From NCBI GenBank assembly GCA_964016885.1, contig OZ024741.1:112034001-112098000 (forward strand): 64,000 bases of DNA. The letters are read 5' to 3'. This stretch comes from Eledone cirrhosa. Lineage: Eukaryota. Shown here one piece after another: positions 55,169 through 64,000 of this stretch (the stretch's first letter is position 1; every line of letters starts with the position of its first letter). The notes beneath the pieces were generated by a model. The model saw only the letters and a program-made list of their open reading frames with translations. It made no database searches and had not been told where the DNA came from. The position numbers and the translations under genes were made by a program.

Positions 55169-55406
55169 TTGAGGAAAAGGAGGAGGAGAGGAAAGGAGTA
55201 CAAGCTCTTCGTACTCCTGGAGATGAGGGTTGCACATTTTTTTTCGGGGGTATGTGTTACCCATATAAACTGTCTCCCTCTATTGGGGAAAATCGACTAA
55301 CTTTTAAATTCCATCTGTGATAACATTTTACACGTTTTTATTGTATGTAAACTTCCCCCTTTGTATTTGTCCCCTTCTTTTGTGCCCCTGTGGCTAATAA
55401 AGACAT

Positions 55407-55439
<33 letters not shown>
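55169..55439 (+). mobile_element. 3' UTR-only copy of the Tx1-like LINE
   Basis: Duplicates ~54923-55160; ends in (TATC)n. Confidence 0.8.
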
Positions 55440-56061
55440 GTCTTTCACGCAATTGTACACTGCGCGGGTGTAATCGACCTGTGGAACTACGCAGAACACC
55501 TGCTGTCACGTATGGGACAAATCCAGTTGAATGCTGAGTCCATAGTAAGGATCAAACCACCAACTTCTTTCAAAAACGATTTTCCTCTGTATAGTGGCTG
55601 TGGTAAAAGAGATTATATGGTGGACAAGATTGAGAGGACTGAGGACAGATGCCTTCTCTCCAGACAACAACTCATTCCCTTCTTTAGGTACCACTTTAGA
55701 AGGAGAATCAGAGTGGAGAGAGAGAGACACTGCACCCCAGTAAGTTTACTGGAAGGTGGGTGAATGTGGCAAAAATGGCCCGAGTGATTGGGCCTTCTCT
55801 GTATATAAACCTGTAGGTTGAAGATGAGAGCAACAGGAGGAAAGGAGCACTTGCACAACACGCTCCTGAAGTTGAGGGTTGTTCTATCTAGGGGGTATTA
55901 AACAACACATTTGTAACGCCTCCCTCCTATTGGGGATTTCGATTGTTGAATTTGTTTGTTTCAATATTTTTACACGACTGTATGTAAAATCCCCGGCATA
56001 TGTCCTTGTATTGTCCCCTTTTCTTGTGCGCCCTTGTGGCAAATAAAGAAATCTATCTATC
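55440..56061 (+). mobile_element. 5'-truncated Tx1-like LINE 3' fragment
   Basis: ORF2 C-terminus plus 3' UTR plus ATCTATCTATC. Confidence 0.85.
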
Positions 56062-56315
56062 TGAGGTTGAGGAAGATAAACAGAGGAAAGACGGGAACAC
56101 TAACAAAACGTGTTCCTGGTGTTGAGGGTTGTTCTATCCACGGGGTGTAAAACAAGCCCGCAGTAGCGTTACCCCTCCCCCCTAATGGGGATTTCAATTG
56201 TTTATTTTTATATAGTTTATTGTTATTTATCATTGTTAAAGATTTTATGTAAAATGTCCCATTTTTGTACGCCCCTGTGGCAAATAAAGAAAGATATCTA
56301 TCTGTATTTATCTAT
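56062..56315 (+). mobile_element. 3' UTR-only copy of the Tx1-like LINE
   Basis: Most similar to 50645-50905; ends AATAAAGAAAGATATCTATC. Confidence 0.8.
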
Positions 56316-57414
56316 CTGTCTGTCCATCCATATCTCCATATCTCTATATCTCTAGATCTCGTTCCTTCCATCTATCCCTATCTCCCTTCCGTAAATTGAA
56401 AAACAAACTTTCATGCTGCATGGCTATGTAAGAAATCAATACAGCTTTAGATTCAATTCTAATTTCAGCCAAGTCATCATAACACCCTACACCCGCCCAC
56501 AATAACAACCATCCTCGTCGCCGCCACCACCACCACCACCACCACCGACGAAGCCGCCGCCGCCGCCACCGCCGCCAACACCACTGCCGCAGCCACCACC
56601 ACCACCACCGCCGCCACCACCATCGCCACCGCCACCATCATCACCATTCTTACTGTACGAGAGATTAATATATTCGCCACCAGTTTTATTGTTATTTTAT
56701 ATATGTAATGTTGTTGTTGTTGTTGTTGTTGTGGCAGCTGCTGCTGCTATTCATTTTTTTTTCTATTATTATTATCTGCTATTTATTATAATAACATTTT
56801 AGTTATTACTCTTATCGTGTGTCTGTGTTTCAATGTGCGTGTGTATGCTTGTGTTACTGTGTGTTTGTGTGTGTGTTTGTGTGTGTTTTTGTGTGCATGT
56901 GTATGTCTGTGCTTGTGAGTGTTTAGATGAGTATGTGTGTGTATGTATGTAAGTACATATTTATGTATGAACGTATATGCATGTGTATATGTATATGCAT
57001 ATGTACATATGTGTATATGCATATGTACATATTTATGTATGAGTATGCGCGTACGTATGCGTCTATATGCATGTACGTACATATTTATGTATGAGTATGC
57101 ACATGAGTATGTGTCTATGTGCATGTGCTTGTATGTCTGTGTGTGTTTGTATGTGTCAGTGTGTGTATCTGCAACTGTGTCTGGGTGTGTGCGTGTGTAA
57201 GAAATGTAATGTCAACAACATTCGTTATTTCTTCATAGCGTTCTATTGCTATTCAATGTATCCCGTAGCTGTCCTGCTTATGCTTACCAAGTTCACAGCA
57301 TGAAATAGTAGCAACACGCTGTTACAACTATAACATATAATAATAATAACATTATACAAACAACAACAACTGATCTCCTTCCTCCTCCTCCTTCTCCTCC
57401 CACTACTACTACTA

Positions 57415-57533
57415 CTAATAATAATAATAATTGTTTCTACTTTTGGCACAAGGCCAGCAACTAACCAGTACATTACTGGTACTTTATTTTATCGACCCCG
57501 TATGGATGAAAGGCAAAGTTAACCTCGGCGGGA
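57415..57533 (-). mobile_element. 5'-truncated SINE with (ATT)n tail
   Basis: Reverse complement of the 48205-48308 body. Confidence 0.78.
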
Positions 57534-57807
57534 TTACTAATAATGATTTCATTTATTGGCCACAAGGGCCGACATATAGGGGACAATACATATGACTGGG
57601 ACAGTAGGGTTTTACAGAAAAATCGAGTAAACAATATTAATAACAATAACAAAGTAACAATAAAGTAACAAGAAAATTACAAGAAAAAATTCCCCAATAG
57701 GGGGGATGACCACCTGGGGTTCACTCAGGTACCCCACCAGTCCTGAACGACCCGACGCTTCGAGAGCACCCTGGAAGGGCACCCCTCTCCTCTTCAAATT
57801 TACCTAC

Positions 57808-60800
57808 CTACAGTCGCATGACCAGAGTAGGCCCACTCACACGGGCCATTCTCGCCACATTCACCCACCTTTCAGCAAATGTACAGGGGGCAGCACTTCT
57901 CTCTCCACCCTCACCTTCCTTTCCAAGTGAAACTTGAAAAAGTTGATGAGGGATTGGCCGAAGAGAAAAGTGTCTGTCTTCAGTCCTTTCAACCTCGTCC
58001 ACCATACAACCTCTTTCGCTACTGCCACCAGACAGAGGAAAATTGCCTGACCTTCCTGGCCAAAACAAGGCGGCGGGTCGATCTTCACTATGGACTCGGC
58101 CGATAGCCGGATCCGTTCTACACGCGACAACAGCTGTTCAACATAACTCCACAAGTCAGTAATGCACGGACACTGGATGAGTGCGTTCAGAACGGTTTCG
58201 TCGCTCTGCGCGCATCTCAGGCATGTCCGTCTGACAGCACTTCCGTGCCTGTAGAGTTTATCTCGAACCGGCAGTGCCCCCCCGGTAGCACTGCCAAGCG
58301 AGGGATTTTTGGAAATTATCCATCGTCCCCGGCTCGAAAGTTCTCCGGTACAGACTGGTTAGTTCGACTTCGTTGACTCCCAGAGCCTCGCCGAGTACGT
58401 CGTCGCACTTGCCCACCACTAATCCTCTATAGAACTCGAGAGTGGAAGTTCCACTGACCGCATTGCTCGCCTGGTAGAGGGCAGTGAGTGCCTGGCAACA
58501 TTCCAGATGCCAGTCACCCAGTCTCGGTCTCTTCTTGACCCAGGACTGCAACTCAGTCAAAGAAACGAGCTGCGGAAAGGCCCGTCTGACAAACGGCGAC
58601 CACACCTGTTCACCGTTTAGGCAGAATATCTGGAGATGCCGCAGCCTCAGCGCGTGCCTGCGCATCATTAGCCACGGCATGTCCAGCCCTCCACGTAGAG
58701 GGTGCTGGCAGCAGATGGACCGCCTCACCAGCGGAACCTGACCCCTCCACAAGAATTTGAAGAGGAGCCGCTCCAAGATGGCGAGGTGCGAACGGGGGCA
58801 AGGGACGACAGTCAGACGGTAGTAGATGACGGACGCGATGTACGCGTTCGCCACCTCCGCCCGACCTTTCAGTGATAGCTTCATCCCAGCCCATTTCTGG
58901 GTGAGACTGACTACCCTGCCCGTCACCTCGTCCCAATTCTTATCCACCTGGAGGTCTGGCCTGAACCAAGCCCCTAGCAACTTTACCGGTCCGTCCGTCC
59001 AGCGCCTAACGACGCTGTTGGACGGCATGGACTTGCCTCTCCAGGTGCCGAGTTGCAAGCCCACTGACGTTTCCGGGATAAGTTTTGCTCCCGTCAACCT
59101 TTCATATTCCTCCAATAAGTTGCCGACCACCTCGATTTCTGATGTCGTCCGCATCAGCCGACACAGCCTTTCCGCGTCCCGGTTCGAGCGGGATGTCCTG
59201 CAACAGCTCTAGCTTCCGCAGTAAAGGCTCGAGAGTCAATACGTACAGAAGGGAGGAGAGAGGGCACCCTTGACGGACTGATCGGGAGACCTGAAACGGT
59301 TCCGAGAGGTGGCCATTAATTTTAACCATCGAACAGGTGCCGCTGTGCATTGCAGCGATCCAGCTTCTGAAGACGGGGCCGAAGCCAGCCGCCTTGAGGA
59401 CAGCCTCCAGGTACCGATGGTCGACCCTATCGAATACTTTCGATTGATCTAAATTGATCAGAGCCCCACCGAAGCCAGGTTTACACCCTAACCTCTATAT
59501 GATGTATCGCATTAGGTGGAGGTTGTCGTGTATGGACCTGGTTGGGATTGCGCAAGTTTGCGCCCCCCCCAACCAAATGTCCGACGACAAGCACCAACCT
59601 CTTCGCTAACACTCTGGCCAAAATCTTAAACTCTGTGTTGAGCAGAGTTATGGGCCTGAAATTGTCTAATGTGTCCCCCTTGTTCTCGTCTTTCCTTATC
59701 AGCGCCACTACGCCCCGGCTCACAGGACTGGGAATACTCCCGTTTTGCTGCCAGTTGCAGTAGAGGGCTTCGAGGAGATTGGAGAACAAGTCTGGCATAT
59801 TTACGTAAAGCTCGTAGGGCAGACCATCCAAACCGGGTGACTTGCGCCTCATGCAGCCGACAAGGGCATCCTGAATCTCGGCTGAAGTAATTGGCCTTTC
59901 GCAGCGCCCAGCGTCAGCCGTCGAGAGTTGCGGCAAGCCATCGAGGTAGGGACTGAAGTCTGCCACCATCTCTGACCCGCCACTTCCCCCGAACAACCGA
60001 GCAAAATGTAGGCGAAAGGCCTCACACATCCTCTCGGAATCGCTCAGCTCGTGCCCGTCTCGGTCCGTCAAAGACCGAATCGTGGTTTTATTACCACGCT
60101 GCGCCTCTGCCACGCGGGCCCATCGAACAGCTTTGGTTCCCTCGTTTCTCAGAGCACGCGCCTTAGCTCTGACAATGCAACCTTCGTGTTTCGCATTGAA
60201 GAAATGGTCTAATGCCATTCTCGCCGCTAACACATCAGTTGCAATGCCACTACCAATAGCCTCGTCTAACTTATCTACCAACTCCCCCTCCTTTCTATTT
60301 TTCTCTAATGCTACTTCTTTGTTAAACTCTATCGAAGTTACTCTAATCTCTCTTTTGAGAACCCCCCCCCTCCCCTACCATCTATTGTTGACGATTCCCC
60401 CTGTCAACTTTTTCTTAACTAAATTGTTGACCTGGTCCCTGTAAGCCTTACGTGCCGGAAATGACATGTTTAGCTTCCAGTAACCAGGTCCTAACCTACG
60501 CGTCTTATCTAGGTCGACCATACAGATCACAAACTTATGATCTGAATAGGCGACCGTTTCAAAACGTGGACAGCTTACACTATTTCTGTTTATTTTCCTA
60601 ATGAATATCCTGTCTATATACGATCTAGATGACCCTATGCGGTTAGCTCAGATCCACACTGGCGCATTAGGGAAATCTAGTCGGTACCTGTCAGACAGTT
60701 GGAACTGGCTGATCAGGTTCTTGAGGCTTTTGCACCCCCCGCTCCTATCGGATACTCCCACACAGTCCCAGCGTGCGTCTAAGATGCCGTTCCAGTCCCC

Positions 60801-61195
60801 CGCTAACAGTAAAGGTCGAGACGTACCCAGAAAGGCTTCCAGGCGTCTTAAGAAGTCCGGCCGCCCTGACACAGTAGGAGCATAGACGGCCACCAACCTA
60901 AAGGCACCACCTTCATTATTGTTCACGTCCAGGACCACCAACTTCCCGTCCGGGTCCCGGAAGATCGACCTTACTTCGAGATCCAGGCCTTTCCTAAACA
61001 ACACTGCCACCCCGCCTCCCATTCCCGGCCGGCTAACAGATAAATGGGGGATAGTGCGCGCGTGTCGGAAATCCTGGTCTGGCTGACTGCAATTACATCC
61101 ATTTCTATAGACCTGAGGTCGTTGAGCAGGTGACCCTGCTTCCAGGACGATCCCAGGCCTCGAACATTTAAACAACCTACTCTTAATACGGCCAT
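57808..61195 (-). pseudogene. LINE ORF2 (APE plus RT), frameshifted
   Basis: MAVLRVGCLNVRGL, AGDWNG, SPGLDGLPYE, FRPITLLN, VRQGCPLS, GGLDMP. Confidence 0.92.
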
Positions 61196-61226
61196 GTTGA
61201 CAGGTTAAACAGAGAGAGGGGAAGGT

Positions 61227-62871
61227 TTACTCACCTTCCGGGCTATTGTGAAGGTCGGGTTGTTCGACCTCCATAGTTAGTGGGGTTTCTTTTGGGAACC
61301 CCTTTAAAAGTCTTGAAGTGGGTTTTACGTTCGGGGTTCCCACGTCCCGAGGAAAGCTGTCTCGTATTTCTTTGAATATGTCGAGCGACATTCGAACCAG
61401 AACCAAATCTTCCGGCACGCGAAATGTGCTCGATTTAAACATTTCCCCCTCTTTTTGTATATTTTCACTTCGTGCTACGAGGGCCATCAGTTCCTTGTTG
61501 GCCCTCCTGACGAGCACGAAGTTTTGTATGTTTTGTTGGTGTGATTTTATTTGTTTGCGTGGCTGTGGTGGTGATGGTTTTGGTGGTGTTGTTTCGATTG
61601 TATCTGTGTTTGTTGTGAGTGCGATGTCTGTGATTTCAGATGTTTGTCTGTATATTTGTTCTTGCGTCTGTTTAGGTTGTTTGCGTTTGGGGGATTCTGG
61701 TGATGGTGATGGTGGTGTTGATGTAGGTGTTATTGGAGAGATGTTTGCGTGGGTGGTGTCTGCGTTTTTTATTGTGGGTGCTTTTGTGCTTTGTTGAGTT
61801 TTTTTTCCTTTTTGTGTTTCCTTTTTTGTATTTTGGGGGATTTTGGATTTCCCTCATTTTCACTACTGGTAGATGAGGGGTCTGTGTCTGTAAGTGTGTC
61901 TGTATGTATGTTTATGGTTTTATTGGTGTGTGTATTTTGGTGGGGAGGGGGAATTTGACAGCTTTCTTCGTTTCCCCCTGGGTGGTCAATGTTGGTGGTG
62001 GTCTTTCTATTGGTGTTGTTGTTGGTGGTTTTGCCGGTGCTGGTATCGGCAGCAGTGGAGCCTTTCGATCCCTTGCCTCTTTCAGCAGTTGAGGGCAGAA
62101 GGCTCGCAAATGGGTTTTTTCCCCACAAACAAAATACTGCGGCCTTTTGCCTTCGGTCATAATGTGAATGACCGTCCCATTCTGAAGGCGGATGTGGTCC
62201 GGGATTGTCTTCACATTCTCGGGCCTGATCTGGAGAAGGATCTCCAGGTCAACCCCAGACCAGTCCTCTCTGGCCGTTCTGGTCACTTCTATAGGGACTG
62301 TATCCATCGCCTCCACAATCACACATCCCAGAAGCCACCACATGTCAAGTCCTGGTGGGATTCTGGGAATGCGGAGACGGGCTGTTCTTTTTCCCATGTG
62401 GGAGGGGTACATTATGACCTTGCTGGTTTTGCAAGGAGTCATAGCGTGTTTCATAGCGAGGGCTTCTGACTTGAACAACACCTAAATGGTGCCGTACTGT
62501 CTGCCCCTCTCTATATACTGGGTATCTTCGTAATGCACCGTTTTGCGTTCCACTGCCTCAATAGCTTCTACCGGGACAGTTAAGTTGGCCCAGGTTTGCT
62601 CTTGCTTGATGAGCTTCCATGCCTGGGCCAACTTTTCATCTTTATTTGAGAGGTCCATGATGAAGCATGGCCTCTTTTTTGCTGCTGCCGCAGCGAAAGT
62701 GTTCTTCATGTTTTCGTTGGGGGTTTTGTTGTCGTTATCGTTGTTCTTGTTGGTGTTGTTGTTATCATTGTTCTTGTTGGTGTCGCTGTTATCATTGTTG
62801 TCTTTGTTGCCACCGTTGTTCTCGGTGCAGTTGTTATTGTTGCTGTTGGTATTGTCGCTATTTGTTTTCAT
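61227..62871 (-). pseudogene. LINE ORF1 (gag-like, degenerate zinc knuckle)
   Basis: YFVCGEKTHLRAFC (CCHC with first Cys lost); low-complexity flanks; lies upstream of ORF2. Confidence 0.7.
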
Positions 62872-63084
62872 GTTAGTGGTGTTGATATTGTTGTTGTATT
62901 TGTTATTTTTTTTTTGTTATCTGTATTTTGGTTGTCGCTGTTACTGTCATTTTTTTCAAAATTAGTGTTCTTATTGGTATCTTATTGGCACCCGACACTG
63001 ACTTCTACTATAGGCACAAGGACAGAAATTAGCAGAGTGTGGGGGGGGGGGTCGATTAAATATGACCCTAGTGCATTATTGAGC

Positions 63085-64000
63085 CATCCCAATTAACAGA
63101 AAGATGTTTCAAGGGGACTCCCTCCACCACTCTTCTTTTAGCATTCAAACCAGTATCTGAGATATACATGACTGAACTTGGTAATAAATGGTACGGCAAG
63201 GATATTAACCTTCTCCTTTATATGGACGATTTAAGGCTGTACTCTGTAGACGAGAGATAACTTGAAACATTGCTGCAGACAGTAGATGAATTCACAAAAG
63301 AAATAGGTATGGAATTTGAAAGATTAGATAGGAACACTATAGATGGATTAGATTACTACATAAAACAGAACTAAAAGGAAAGAATAAAATCATCGGTCCC
63401 AGTAATAAACTACCGTTTTAAAATTCGGAACTGGACTCTGCAAAAACTAGCAAAGCTAGAAAAGCAAGAAAAATAATGACTGCATTTAGAATACACCAAC
63501 CCCAAATCAGATGTAGAAATATTATACCCAACACGAACACAGGGAGAATATGGCCTTATACAAGAAAAAAACTATGATAACATAATAAATGAAGAATAAT
63601 TGAGAGCTAAAAGAAATAGCCTCGAAACATGAACAAAAAAAAAGAAATGTTTTCTGTCTTCAAGGAAGCAAATAAATCCAAAGCAGAAACTGAATTGACG
63701 GATAATTATGAGGGAAATGAAAATAGAAGAATCAGCAATAGAAACTGCATAAAAGATAACGTCCACATTGAAAATAGATTTCGAGAATGCTCTGTTAAAA
63801 TGATGACAAGAAAAAAGAAAAACCTACATGGCTAATTCTGAATAAGGAGGAAGTGGAGTAACAAAATTCACAAAAGCGGTTAAGAAACACTGAAATTAAA
63901 AGCCGAAAGGATGTCTAATTGTTGTACAAGAACAATGACTCCCCACCAGAAACTACCAAAATACATAATAAGATAGAACACAGTAACCGCAGAATATGTA
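63085..64000 (+). mobile_element. Decayed R4/Dong-like non-LTR retrotransposon RT region (runs off the window)
   Basis: Fragments FQGDS, LLLYMDDLRLY, FTKEIGMEF, PKSDVE..LY, QEQ..PTRNY. Confidence 0.7.

Larger units (their letters stand above)
57540..62960 (-). mobile_element. Near-full-length Tx1/L1-like LINE, second family
   Basis: ORF1 fragments 62871-61227; ORF2 fragments 61195-57808; 3' end AATAAATGAAATCATTATTAG. Confidence 0.9.

Overview
AT-rich, repeat-dominated eukaryotic DNA; the SINE families and microsatellite content suggest an octopus or other cephalopod (inference). There is no intact cellular gene; the only host-gene candidate is a 39-nt exon at 19515-19553. Most ORF-track entries are microsatellite or antisense artefacts. 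Recognisable elements: a decayed RTE LINE, a Chapaev3-type DNA transposon with TTA target duplication, a near-complete decayed Penelope-like element (PLE, 27.7-31.6 kb), several PLE remnants, a non-autonomous Helitron, a Tc1/mariner relic, many tRNA-derived SINEs, a head-to-tail array of Tx1-like LINEs joined by (TATC)n, a second near-full-length Tx1-like LINE, and an R4/Dong-like relic. The strongest signal is in the first 33 kb: about 15 asymmetric fold-back (hairpin) elements of 0.1-1.1 kb, each embedded in (TA)n. They belong to several unrelated PLE pseudo-LTR families, and many carry type I hammerhead ribozymes (HHRs) as head-to-head sense/antisense pairs. The HHRs include core variants (A4, C4, U3-A8). 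All folds were made by eye and most element boundaries are approximate.
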